The notes beneath the pieces were generated by a model. That model saw only the letters and a list, made by a program, of their open reading frames with translations. It made no database searches and was not told the origin of the DNA. 64,000 nucleotides of DNA from Eledone cirrhosa (taxonomy: Eukaryota). Each line of letters begins with the position of its first letter. Within the stretch, counting starts at the first letter, position 1. This document shows, piece by piece, positions 1 through 12,830 of this stretch. Both the position numbers and the translations under genes were made by a program. The DNA lies in the NCBI GenBank assembly GCA_964016885.1, contig OZ024746.1, positions 26,412,001-26,476,000 of the forward strand, written 5' to 3'.

Positions 1-780
1 AACACAGTGGACGGAATGGGAGGAGGATGGGGTAGGGTGGGGGTGATGTGTACATTGGGTTAAGAGGTGGCTATTGACTGTCAGTTTGTATGCAATGGCA
101 GTCGGCACAACAAAAAAGCACCCAGTCACACAGTAAAGTGGTTGTGTAGGTGCCACAGTAAAAAGCACCCAGTACTCACTGAAAATGAGGTTGGTGTTAG
201 GAAGGGCATCCAGCTGTAGAAATCAAGCCAAAATCAGTTCTGTATGAGCAAGACATGGTCACATGACTTGGTATTGCCCACAATAGGACAACCCATTTAA
301 CCCATGCTAGCGTAGAAGAATGGACGTAAAACGGTGATGATGATTATTATGATAATATTGTTGTGCTTTCGGCAGCTCATGCTGCCATTAAATGTTTAGT
401 TGTTGATTGTCAAAGCACTTTCATCACACATTCTGTGACCTCCTCAGTGACTACTTTTGTTGTGTCCTACACCATCTTGTTTTTTTGTTTTTGTGAGTTG
501 AGTACTTGGGCTGCACATGCATTATATCTGGGTTTGTGTCTGTTTTTATTTACTTATTTATCTATTTTAATATATTTAATTGTTTATTTATTTATAAGTT
601 TATTTACTTGTCACTAGTTGGTTACTTGTTCTATCTGTGTGTGGCTGGTTTGTTTTATTAGTTTAGTTCTCTTGTATCTCTGTATGTGTTTATCTTGTCT
701 TTATTTACTATGTGTGTATATGTAAGTATACAATATATGTATATATAAAATGTATTTTTGTATGTGTGTGTGTATATATA

Positions 781-970
781 TATCATCATCATCATCGTTT
801 AACGTCTATCTTCCACGCTAGCATGGGTTTAGACGGGAATTGTCCCACTTGAGGCAAGATTGGTTGTCTTGCTCATATGGGACTGTCTGGCAGGTTTTCT
901 ACGGCTGGATGCCCTTCCTAACACCAACCACGTTTACTGTGTGGACTGGGAGGTTTTTACCGTGTTACCT
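781..970 (-). mobile_element. RTE-tail-type short retroposon ending in (GAT)n; near-identical copy at 12066-12253
   Basis: Reverse complement ends ...taaacccatgctagcgtggaagatagacgttaaacgatgatgat, the same 3' tail as the RTE fragment ending near 4050 and the copy at 190-350. Confidence 0.7.
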
Positions 971-2248
971 ATATATATATATATATATATGTAAATAAGA
1001 CCATCATTGTTCCAATCAGTCCACAAATACTCATCAAACACCCTAAAATGAATGTCAACCTGTATTCATGACTCCTGCCAAACCAAACCCTACTCACCTT
1101 CCAAATTCAGCAAACTAACCGCAGACCACACACCTTCCCAGGCTCAGCATTCACAACCAGACTGCAACAACCACCAAATCAGGAAGACAGACATTATGAT
1201 GCTGTAGCTGTCATATTACATATATAATAGGTAGGAACTCCATCCTCTGCCCCAAATGCAAACAATGGGTACACAAGAGATGTGGTGCGATCTCAGGAAG
1301 CTTAACTAAGAATGTAGGCTTCATATGTAACAGCTGCGCTGGGACAATAAGCAGCAAACGGCCACAGGAAACAAGCACCACCAAACTCTGGGAGGGCTCT
1401 GTAGAAACAGTAGACAGCTTGACCGAATTAGCAGCGGAGGTGGGTGTTCGGAAAGTACAATAACTAGGGTAAGAACAGGATGGAAGAAGTTCAGGGAGCT
1501 ACTGCCACTGCTAGCTGCAAAAGGCTTTTCCCTCAAAATGAAAGGCAGACTGTATGATGTGTGTATAGAAACAACAATGTTACATGGTAGTGAGACCTGG
1601 GCGCTGTCTGTAGAAGAATTGCGCAGATTAGAAAGAAACAAAGCTTGCATGCTCCGATGGTTGTGTAATCTATATTACTAAAACAGAGAATGTCTGTTTG
1701 TCTGTCTGTCTGTACAATCACTAAAACTCGAGAACTACCCAACCGATTGTTTTCAGACTTTACACATGTAATACTTATGGTCCTATTGAGTGTTCAGAGC
1801 AAAACAAATTTCAAATGGGACCGCATTAGGTGATTTAGCGATCTCTTTCTCTCTCTCTCTCTTAGTCTTTCTCTTCTTAGATAGATACATAGATATTACG
1901 TTGCGCCCTTATAATATCTGTCTGTATGCCTGGCTGTCTGCATTACGACATTATGACACTGTGTGTGTATATATAGTGTGTAACGTTTTTCGAAATATTT
2001 ACTTCTGCGTTCACAGATTTATTATTTTAGTTTCAGAAGATCCCGTTAAGAGTGAAAGCAGCGATTCTTTGCTTAAACTTTAATCTGTTATTTTAAAATA
2101 TATATATATATATATATGCAAAAGTTCTATTTAAATTGTTAGGATACAACAAGCAAATATTTTTATAACTGATATAAAGCACTCGACAAGTATTTGGAGT
2201 AAATATACGATATTAATAAATGGAAACTATATTTATAAAACCATATTG

Positions 2249-2312
2249 ATTTCATTATACATATTTCAAGGATACCATGTTAAATTATGGTATGCCTTCA
2301 TCAGACAAAATA
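2249..2312 (-). ncRNA. Minimal type-I hammerhead ribozyme motif
   Basis: Minus strand: attttgt-CTGATGA-aggcataccat[aatttaac]atggtatcctt-GAAA-tatgt-ATA-atgaaat. Stems I and II pair; stem III is short and quasi-palindromic. Confidence 0.7.
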
Positions 2313-2446
2313 CAATATATACCAGTTTTATAAATAAACATTGACGTACCCTTTCAAAATGCGACCGTTACTTTTGGAAGACATCAGGATGTCTTCCAAA
2401 AGTAACGGTCGCATTTTGAAAGGGTACGTCAATGTTTATTTATATG

Positions 2447-2511
2447 TATTTTGTCTGATGAAGGCATACCATAATTTAACATGATATCCTTGAAATATGT
2501 ATAATGAAATA
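2447..2511 (+). ncRNA. Minimal type-I hammerhead ribozyme motif (inverted partner of 2249-2312)
   Basis: tattttgt-CTGATGA(2455-2461)-stem II-GAAA(2492-2495)-tatgt-ATA-atgaaata; predicted cleavage after A2503. Confidence 0.68.
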
Positions 2512-2550
2512 AATATGGTTTTATAAATATAGTTTCCATTTATTAATATC

Positions 2551-2588
<38 letters not shown>

Positions 2589-5481
2589 ATGGGAAGAAAG
2601 AGGAAAACTGCGTGGTTGCACATGGGTTACATATTATAAAATTAGTCCCTCATCAGTGATTTGCCAACCATCATTGGTATTTTATCGCATTAAAAATCAT
2701 ATACCTCAGGTTGGTGCGAGCAATAACTAAAATAAGCTATTGGGACAAGTGAATCGCGTAAAGCGAGTGAGACAAGTAAACAACATAGAAGGAAAAGCAA
2801 ACCGAAGGTAGGAAAAAAGCAAGCAACATGATGGTTATCCGATCAGCATAAACTGGGTGAATTTCATGAGCGGTCAGAAAACAGACCGTCCGACGTGAAT
2901 GAGATGTGAGAAAGAAAGAATCCCACTACTAACGAAAGGGAGGAAGTGAGAATGGGAGAAACAGAGAGTGAGTGAGTGGAAGTGCGAGGAAGAGGTCAGT
3001 CGAAAGTGTAACTGACAGAGGGGGCGAAAGAAGGTGAGAGAAACAGAGAGAACGGGGGAGCAGAAAGAGAGAAACAGACAATCGCAGTCGAGGTATATAT
3101 ATATAATTATATATTCGTGTACAGATATTTTTGCATACACATATAAACAAAAGTATTTATTTCGCGATGAAGTATTGATTTTCTTCGAACGGAAAAAAAC
3201 CCTGGTAATATACGACAAACTTTTTTTTATAAGCACAAAATGTAGACACCAACCCGAGGCCAAGCTATTCCGTACTTCTCTGTACTATTATTTATATATC
3301 CGTGTACAGATATTTTTGCATACACAATAACAAAATATAAAGAAACGTATTTACTTCACGAAGCTCGAGAAGGATAAATATATATCAAATATATAAGAAC
3401 CCTAGAGAAAATCCCGAGCAACGCCGGGCCATTCTGCTAGTAGCAATATACGCGAACGGAAAAGCATAAACAAACTGAGAGAGAGACTGAGCATAAGAGG
3501 AATCAAATGCTGAGCGCAGGATATATGGACATGTGATGCGTATGAAGGATGACAGCTGCATAAAAAGGTGCAGAGCACTAGAAGTCGATGGAAGCCGCGG
3601 ACTGGGGAGACCCAAGAAGACCTGGAATGAGGTGATAAAAGCCGACCTTACCCAATTGCACCTCTCAAGGGCGATGACACACGACTGTGACCTCTGGCGT
3701 CACGCAGTAATACAGAAGACCCGACTTTCCACAGGAACAAGCTGAAGCTGAAGCATATAGACAATATGCCCCCACCCCCTCCCACTGCAGAGTGACCGTG
3801 GAGGTGCTACGGCAAAAAAGCACCCAGCCCACACTGTAAAGTAGGCGTGTAGACGCCATGGAAAAAAGCACCCAGCACTCACTGTAAATAAGGTTGGTGT
3901 TAGGAAGGGCATCCAGCTGTAGAAATCAAGCCAGAATCAGTTCCTGTATGAGCAAGACAAGTTCAGTCGACCAGACACTGCCCACAACAGGACAACCTGC
4001 CTAACCCATGCTAGCATGGAAGAACGGACGTAAAACGGTGATGATGATGAATATGAGTGAAAACATGTGATGATAAGGATATGTAAAGTGTACGGAGGAT
4101 GACAGCTGCATAAAGAAGAGCAGGGCATTCAAAGTTAATAGGAAACTGTAAATGAAGAAGATCTAGGAAATTTAAGATGATGTAGTGAAGATGAATCAGG
4201 ATCAAGTTGACTGGTAATTGGCTTCACTTCAGAATACTTGCCTTTCCACGAGTGGGATGATCATGGGGAGAATGGTAGTGAAGAAGTAGTGTAGCGTAAC
4301 ATTTAACCTGTCAATATTCCCGCTCCTAATCTCTCTACACAGCTTTGATTTCTATCCTTACCTCATTAACTAACCCCACTCTGCTTAGTCTTCTCCATTC
4401 ACATCCTTTATTCCAATTTCCTCATACAATCTATACCAGCCTGGAAAGACGGACATACCTCACAATATACCGAGACATTGCTTGCTCACTCACTCTTCAT
4501 AACCCTCATCTCTGTGACCCAACACTCTCCCTACTCATACTCACATCACTGATTCCTCTTTCTTGTTCAACCCATGCTAACATGGAAAAAAGGGTGTACC
4601 TCATAATTGTTTCTACTTTAGGCACAAGGCCAGCAATTACTCAGTGCATTACTGGTACTTTATTTTATCGACCCCGTAAGGATGAAATGCAAAGTCAACC
4701 TCATAATGTATTGCCAGACGTTACTCATTCTTGAAGGCCACCTCTATGACCCAACGCCTACCCTTCCCATGTCTTTCCCCTTCCACCTCACACTGAAGGA
4801 TGACCTCCTTCCTCATCAAGCAAAATCCAACACCACTACTCTCATCACTGCCTTTCCCAACATGGTCGTGTATACAAGTGCCCTGGTTTTGTAAACTGGT
4901 AGTGTTGGTGTTACAATAAAATACATTCAGCCCATTGAATGTGGTAAGGCTGGTGCCACAATAAAATGCACAAAAGTGAATGGGTGAAGGAAGAGAGAGA
5001 CAGTGTTTGGGGTGTAGAATGACAGAAGGTTGAGCATTGGAAGAGGAGACTGTATCTCCGAATAACACTTCAACACATGACAACAGGGAATGCAGACGTA
5101 AAATCATGTTGATGATCCATAACTGTCATAGAAATTATATTTGTACAATAATTGTTACTGGACAAAATATATATAAATACTGGTTGGAAATTTGAAAAAT
5201 AAACATTTGCGTTTTTCTTATCGTTTTGTTTTTCTTAATATGCAAACGTTGGTGAATTGTAAATTTCTTTCTTATACTTTGAAATATAATTTATTACTTT
5301 CTTGTGATTAATTAAAAAAAAATTGAATGACAAAAAAAATTGATTAGTGAATGGGCAGGACAAGCCTCGTTTTAAGAAATAATTGCTATATAATTCACAA
5401 ACTGGGATGTATGACTTCTTATTAGATTTTCTTGTAGCAAGTTGAAGAAATAACCATAAAGTAGCTGGAATTGAACCAACA

Positions 5482-6464
5482 ATGGAAGTCTCGCTAGAAG
5501 ATCCAGCTTTTCTGGCGACGATGTACGCAGCGTGTGACTTATTACTAATGGACGACAGCTTTCAACTCAGAAAAAATGGTTTGTCTCGCAAGGATGGTAA
5601 TAATAATATGGCGTGCGCCTTGCTACCGACGTTAGCGCGGGAGAGGAAAGGTGAGGCGGCAACTACAACAACAGACAAACAGAATAAGAGTCAAATACGA
5701 GGTTCGAACGAAGGTGACGTATTATTTACTTTCAGGGACAACCAATTCCGCCAGCATTTTCGAATGGATCCAGAAACATTCGAAACTCTATGTTCAAATC
5801 TGTCGCCACATATATTGAGAGAGAACCAAACCCGAGGTAGAAAACCGGTGCCGTTGGACAGAAAGGTAAACATAACTAATATTAGAGTAAAATTGGAGAA
5901 CAACGGCGTAATTTAAAAAAAAATAAGAATAATGAGAAAAATCTTAAAGGTCTTCTATATAGAAATAAAAGTAAGCTCTGATAAAACTGACGGACGTATA
6001 CAATGTGTGATAATGGTTCAAATACACATATATGTATATTTTATTACTTCTGCGATTTTGTTTTATATTTCCGCTATAAGTAATACGATTTCCCCAGTTA
6101 TGAGAATGTAAAAAAAAAAATAACTGCATTTTGCAGAATTACCGAAACAATTAAGTATATATCTTACCGGATACCAAATGTACATATTTAAGGGTAATTA
6201 GACTCATACCAAGGTGTAGGTAGATGATCCTCTTTTGAGTATCGAGCATCCCTTGGTATCGATTCCTCCCAATTGTTTTAACGTGCATTTTTTAAAACCT
6301 TATAATTTTCAAGATACTATATATATATATATATCTTGACTCTGTATTCCGTTTATCTTTCACCGAAAGTGATTTTTGAATGCATCTCTTCTTTCCATGA
6401 TATCCGGATTACATTGAGTTCTTCATACGGATTGGACACTACCGTAAACTTTTGGTAGATTTAT

Positions 6465-6495
<31 letters not shown>

Positions 6496-9400
6496 GTGTA
6501 TGTGCACGTTTGCATTTATAAAACAAATATGCTTTTATATGCACGTGTGTTAAGAACAAAGTTAAACATTTAGTAAACTCGGGAGTATTTAATTAAAAAC
6601 AATTTATTAGTGGGAGAGGTAAACAAAAAACCACGCTTTAACGAAATTTATTCGTTTCGGAAATTCAAAAAGGTTGAATTATTTCATAGCTTTTTTTCAC
6701 ATTTTATCGTAACATTTAAATAAATTGTGTAGTTTCATAGAAAATAGGTACATAAATCCCTGGGGGCTATTTATTTATTAGCATTGTCTCATTTTTATGC
6801 TGTTTTATTTACTTCTAATATAATCTAACTGCCTGGCTGTTTGTAGTGGGTTTACGAAGTTGTGATCATTCCAACGTTTGCTCTAACATAATGTATTCTC
6901 TAACAACATTATCTCTGTCAATTTATATACCTAAAACGAAACATCCCCTACACGGTGTTATTTTGATAACTTCCTGTCAACGTAAATTATTTCTCTTTAC
7001 TTCCTCTGACTTGTTTCACTCGGTGTCGAAATAACGAAACTTATTCAATTCTGCATGTTGACGTACTAGAAATAGCAGCCGAATCTCCCTCAAATCGCAT
7101 CATACCGTCTTAAAAGGGACACACATAAAATATTTTTAATTTCTTTTTTTCTTAAATCCCTCCTTCAATGTAATATGTTTAGTGCCTAAGATTGAACGAT
7201 GGTATGAACTATTTTAGCCAAATGTAGCCGTAGTGAATTATACGGAAAGTATACGCCTCAAATTACTCTTTATTGGTAGAGTAACACTCTAGTAATACCA
7301 CAAAGAGTCCAATTAATTTGAATTCAAGAAGAAACAAAATAAATTCCATCAAGGTACAGTTGGTTTAAAGAGAAGTCAAAGATGCATCTTCAAGTAACAC
7401 TAACTAAGCTTATGAATGTTATCCAACCATCTTGCTCGTGATCTATCTTTGGGATCCCTGCTGGATGGTTTCACAATACAAAATTGTTTTAAAGCGTTTA
7501 TATTTATCTAAAGCCCTTCCATCATAATTTAATGTAAGAACCTTTAAATCATGTTCCAAATACTAGTTCAGTGATTTGAAAATTATAAACAGTATCTTTC
7601 ATGGGAAATATGGTAACAAAGTTGTAAGATGCTTCTTCTTTGTGAGATATCCCTCCAACGAAGGAGAAGCTTTTTCTTTTTTTAATGGCTAAAATATATG
7701 TGGCTTGCCACACCTGCATACTCATAAATTTCTCCACTAACTGGAGCTGTTGTGCCAACCCATTGTCGGATTAATAGTCGATCATCTGCGAAGTCACTGG
7801 TGTTCATGACACTGAGGTCATCTAATTAAACTTATTATGAGACAAGTTGGATTTTTATTGAGGCTTACTCCTCAAGATCCGACCTGTTCTGCTCGACTAC
7901 AGGTTCTCAACCCATTTAGGCCAACGCCCCCTTTTCTCCCTCGAAATCACGACCCCCCCCCTCCCCCTATTTTTCCATTTTTCAATATACTACTGATTTT
8001 TATATCAGTAGATTACTAAAAAATTGATTAACAATATTCCAAAGATGGGTGTATTTGGTGGATTGGCAGTATCGGTAGAGGGTCGGACGCAATGCTTTCC
8101 AGCATAGTTACGTCCCTTTACGATCTGAGTTCAAATCCCGCCGAGGTTGACTTTGCCTTTCATCCTTATGGGGTCGATAAAATAAAGTACCAGTAATGCA
8201 CTGGGTATTTGCTGGCCTTGTGCCTAAATTAGAAACAATTATCTGATTATGTGTTGTATGTGGTCCTAGATGTGTGTGCTACTCGCTTCTGTTTTTTCTT
8301 TTCTTTTTTTTTAGTTGTAATATTATTTATACAATAGGGAATAAAATAGATCTACATAGTGTTAACTCGTTACGGTTGAGTCAATAATTTCAGACATGAA
8401 ATACATTGTTATCAGTGAAGGAAAGATAAGATTCTAACTGGCTGCGCTCAAAGTGTCTTTGACCTAGTTGACTGTGGGTTTTTCCATTTTTAGGATCTCA
8501 ATTACCGGTTAACGTCTCAATTACTGGACATGCCTGCACACCTGCTCACAGCTGCGGTCAGACTATAGTTATGCTGTCTGCAAGCTCATTCACACTGGCT
8601 GTCTCAAAGACATACAAATATGGCTTATAAAACTTACCAAAATAAAGAGCCTTCCAGCGCCCCCTAACCCCAGCTCCCCCTAACCCCCCCTCCCCAGCTC
8701 CAAACGTCCCCCTAACACGCCCCTAACGCGACCTTGCTCACCTTGCTCACAACCCCCCCCCCCGTTGAGAACCTTTGTGCTAGACTATCCCATTATAGCT
8801 ATATCAGATGTACCTCGTTTAGGATGTGGCTTTTCACCAAGCAAGTCAGTCTTCGAACTGAAAGAGGCACTCCAATAAAAATAAGAAATGCTTTTTTAAT
8901 CATAATTATGCTTTGAATAGTTGAAGTATAGGAATATGAGCTCTACTGAACAAAAATCACGAGCTTTAAAGCATTTTGCATATTGATATTTAAGTTTGTT
9001 CTTATTTTCATTTTGTATTCTGTATGCTCCTACTTTAATTTTGATCATATCAATTCCTGTAAACCTTTTACCATTCAGGTGCTGATGTGTTTGCGGTTTC
9101 TTGGTGCCAAAGGTGAATCAGTACGTAATATTGCAAAACAATTTCAAGTCTGTGAATCTTCAGCTTCTGTTATTCTTGACAGCATAATCAAAGGATTAAA
9201 TAAACTAAAGACTACAGGTATCAAATGGCCAAGCCAAGCAGAAATTAATGACATTGTCCTAGCTTTCTACAACATCAGTGCATTTCCAAATGTTCTCGGC
9301 ATCATGGCCACTACACACGTATCCATTCTCAGTCCCAAAGATCACCCTGAAGTTTATGTCAACCGTAAAAAAACTCACACAATGGTTTTACAGACAATCT

Positions 9401-9930
9401 GTGATCACAACATGAAGTTTATAGATTGTTATACTGGTTGGCCTGGTTCAGTCCATGACTCCGTTGTCTTGTGTGAATCAGATATATTCCATGAAATAGA
9501 AAATAATCCAACAAATTTTTTTCTTAAAGAAAACATACATTTGCTTGGTGCTGCAGCATATCCACTGAAGAAATGGCTGATGACTCCTTTTCTAGATGAA
9601 GCCTGCCTTGTTCCAGATCAGCAAGAGTATAATAAAAGGTTAACTGAAACTCGACTAGTTACACAACAAGCCTTTAATCTACTGAGAGGCCGATGGTGTC
9701 GGCTACAGTTTGTTGGAATGACCCGCACTGCTCTCATTCCAAACGTTATAATGGCTTGTTGTGTCTTACACAATTTTTGTCTTAACAATGAAGAGGAATT
9801 CAATGATTTTTTAGAACCACCACAACTTCCTTTTGATGATGGTTTTCCTACTCCTGCTAATACATATGAAGATGATGAAACTGGTAAAATTAAGCGAGAC
9901 AATATAGTGGCATATATCAGTGCCAATTAA
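5482..9930 (+). CDS. Harbinger transposase-derived (HARBI1/ALP1-like) protein, 411 aa, 2 coding exons (5482-5865, 9079-9930), predicted catalytically dead
   Basis: Exon 1 has F.QHFRM..ETFETLC and ends AAG|gtaaac; exon 2 starts after ccattcag (phase 0) with VLMCLRFL, FPNVLG, GWPGSVHDS, YPLKKWLMTPF, ACCVLHNFC. The frame is intact. The canonical D(GTH), (LG)D and (IE)R positions read MATTH, LGAAAY and TQQAF. Confidence 0.88.
7897..8785. mobile_element. Probable hAT-type MITE with a nested SINE
   Basis: Inverted ends aggttctcaac (~7901) and gttgagaacct (~8764); TSD not resolved. Confidence 0.4.
8057..8240 (+). mobile_element. tRNA-derived SINE, the dominant family. Other copies: 4607-4700(-), 19916-20297(+, two), 20603-20790(-), 32235-32745(-, three), 36191-36322(-), 37420-37601(+), 38113-38250(-), 40722-40907(-), 44981-45168(-), 51210-51358(-), 52960-53335(-, two), 53912-54097(-), 55225-55410(-), 58236-58417(+), 62346-62489(+)
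   Basis: A-box-like tggcagtatcggtagag, B-box gagttcaaatccc, conserved body and (ATT)n tail. Clear TSDs for the 40722 copy (ttctcttaaaatataa), the 53912 copy (ctttccagttaaataac) and the 62346 copy (cattataat). Confidence 0.9.
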
Positions 9931-10629
9931 AATATATTTTGTGTGGCAAATTGGCAGAGGCATTAGTGTCAGATTAAAAGCCTTGGTATTTTAGTTCACT
10001 GCCTTCTTAGTTCAAATCTCAATGTCAACTTTACTTTTCATTCTTTTGAGTGCGTTAGATAAAATATCAATCCAGAGACAGTGGATTGATGGAACTGTTA
10101 GTTGATTGGGATGTTTTGTGGTTTAGTATGTTCTGGATTTAAATCCTACCTCTTGCCAGGAGTTGTGACCAACTTATATCATATAGCAACAGAAAAACCA
10201 ATGAAAACATTGTTTCCTTGGTTGGATCTAATGATAGGCTCCTTGCCTTTCCTTTATTTCATCTGATCATTTCTCCATATTACATGTTAGTAAATGGGTT
10301 ACTAAAATCTATTACCAATCAACTGCTTTGCCAGTTTTGTACATTGATGCTAAAGCAGGTGCTATTCTTGCAGGCACCATAAGTTTTACAGCCAAAGACC
10401 CTTCCAGACAGACCATTTTAGTCACCACATACAACATGCAGGGATATATTGGTGTTGAAGCACTAAAATTATTAAGAGAGTACTTTTAAAGTCCATGGTA
10501 AATGTGTCTTAACTTCTAAAGTACAATACTTAGAATAGAATTAAGTAAAATTCTTACACAAGTCATGGTGCTTAAATATACATTTTATTTTAACTCTTTG
10601 TGAAATTATTATTTTTCAGCTAGAAACAT

Positions 10630-10985
10630 TAGTTATTTTATGTTCACTTTACATACTGACATAGGTTTGACAGGTTGTCACTTCTTATTCAGAGTTACTA
10701 TTCTCCTAGGCAGGTCAGGGAACTACATCATACTTGAATGTTTCAATGGTTCTCATGGTTTCTACAGCTAGATGCCTTTAGCCAAACACTTAAGAGTAAG
10801 GGGTGGGTTTTATTGTGGTTCTAGAGGGTTTATGTCCTTGACAGTGGTTTGACATTGCTCAAAACACCTGCTTATTTGTAGTGTTACAGTTCACACTATT
10901 TGACATACTCTTCAGTAGCCAACAATATGAAATTTTTTTTCATTTGACACACCTGAAAGAAAAGGCTTTACAGACCTTTCAACAG
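10630..10985 (+). repeat. ~350-bp direct repeat; second copy at ~13132-13515
   Basis: Both copies read ttattttatg.(t/c)cactttacatactgacataggtttgacaggttgtcacttcttattcagagttac...acctgaaagaaaag with few differences. Confidence 0.85.
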
Positions 10986-11279
10986 CAAAAATATTGATGG
11001 AGTGCTTAAATTCAATTTTTAAAAAAACTTTTACTATAAAATCATTATTTGCTGTCTAGATGCATTGTGGTATACTTTAGTTGAAGGTCAGTAGCTGCCA
11101 TTTGCAAACATGTGCATGTGTACACATACATACAGTCATTTGCACTTTCAATACTCAAGAGAAAAGATTTGTTTGTGGAAATTTGAGATATCTAACTTGA
11201 GTCTCTGATATATCTAATGATGATGCTAAAATATTCAGTCATTTTCTAGTAACTTTCAACCAGGAGAGAATCATCAAGC

Positions 11280-12830
11280 AGTGTCCAACTTTCCTCAGAT
11301 GTTCTGATCTTAAACCACAAGATCCTGCAGTTGGTGGGTCTACTGTGATGTCCAGTCATTATTCATCTTTTGCTACTTGTCCCAAAGCCAAGAGGCTTTT
11401 TCAGATGCCTCCTAACAACCTGTGAGCAGTTGTCTTCCACATATTCTCAAGTGGAAATAGTGAGGCCTACCACCCTTTATCTCTTATGTTAGATCAGTTC
11501 CTGATACTGGGTGACCTCCTCATACTTGTCTTTCCACAAGACTACCAGTTCAACCAGAATGATATTTACCTCTGCAAACCATATGATCATGTTGGGACTA
11601 AGAAAAATTGTGGAAGGACTCAAGTGTCCAAAGTTCTGGCTATGTAAGGTCACATTTTGTCCAGGTTCCCTGTGATCCACCTTTCATAGCACTAGATCTT
11701 TGCTATTTTTCTTTGTATGTTGCAGCATGCCTTGTATGTCTTTTCTGCCTTGGGTCTGCTTTCCCTAATACTGGGAGTGGATGGTTCTGAGTCTTCATAT
11801 TTTTCACCCATGCATTGGATTTCTGATCAGGTTCAGCTTCAGTCTTCTTTCTGCCTATGCTAACCATTTGCATCCTGATTTTGTGGTGATGCCTGGACAT
11901 TTTATTGAGTTCTCTTCAACAGATAGTATAACCTTCCATTGGAACTTCCAGATCAGCACACCTTTTGACTTATTTGGATTGACTTTTATTCTTGCTTAGG
12001 TTGTCACATTATCTTCAGATGTGCATTACCTGTACATAGGTTGAAATAATAATTTAGTCATCCATCATCATCATCATCGTTTAACGTCTATCTTCCATGC
12101 TATCATGGGTTTAGACGGGAATTGTACCACTAGAGGCAAGATTGGTCGTCTCGCTCGTATAGGACTGTCTGGCAGGTTTTCTACGGTTGGATGCCCTTCT
12201 TAACACCAACCACGTTTACAGTGTGGACTGGGAGGTTTTTTACCGTGTTACCTACATGAAGCCTCTTATTGGTGGATGCTGGACTCCATTAAAATTATTC
12301 CCCATGAAATTCATTCCCATAATGAACAAGATGGGGGAGATTGTACAGCTCTGTCCTAGATCCTGCTACTTAGTTGCAAAATGGTCAGTTTCAATCTGCA
12401 ATTTAACTTCTCCAAAATAGTGGGAGATATAACTGGGTTCCATAGCTAAATTGATGAGGAATGGATCCATACACTGTCGTAATTAATCTATGCAGTGAAA
12501 TTGATTTTGCTTTTTTTTTTCCTCCTGAATTAGCTTTGTCAAGGACACAGATGTGTTCTGAACCCTCAGAGAAGCCTGGGGTGCTACCCTTTTGGATTGA
12601 TGTATCAACATACTTTTTGAGATGTTGCCTGCCTTCAACACTCGGGGGGGAAAAAATGGCGCTGTATGAAACAGTCTTCTGATCTTTATTTCCAGGATAT
12701 TATGTTTTGCCAAATACCCCATAAAAACGTTTCATGGTAGCAAATAGCTTTTGTATATTTTATAATATCACTTGGTTTTGAGGCAGATACTGATCAGACT
12801 TTCCTGTTGTCAAGCCTAATTTCCACCACC
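11280..12830 (-). pseudogene. Highly degenerate non-LTR retrotransposon RT fragment (HERO/NeSL-like)
   Basis: Minus-strand translations YVDTSIQKGSTPGFSEGSEH, GQSCTISPILFIMGMN and KARIKVNPNKSKGV, with many stops and frameshifts; interrupted by a short retroposon at 12066-12253. Confidence 0.6.

Larger units (their letters stand above)
1669..3440 (+). mobile_element. Non-autonomous Helitron (1772 bp)
   Basis: Starts 5'-TC (tctatattactaaaa), has a (TGTC)n tract and ends with hairpin cccgagcaacgccggg followed by CTAG-3'. It sits between A1668 and T3441 with no TSD; removing it restores the RTE reading frame. Confidence 0.85.
1390..4050 (+). mobile_element. Degenerate RTE-clade LINE 3' portion, split by a Helitron at 1668/3441
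   Basis: Translations GWKKFRELLPLL..KGRLYDVCIETTMLHGSETWAL..MLRWLC (1480-1668) resume as SNIRERKSINKLRERLSIRGIKC..GHVMR..GRPKKTW (3441-3720), followed by a 3' UTR ending in (GAT)n. Confidence 0.8.

Noticed and set aside
8655-8730. ccctaa repeats as an interstitial telomere
   Set aside because: Only a few scattered, non-tandem units inside a MITE-like region.
8983-9078. Hydrophobic signal-peptide-like N-terminus of the 315-aa ORF
   Set aside because: Intronic; it starts at a non-ATG codon, and the acceptor at 9078 joins exon 1 in frame.
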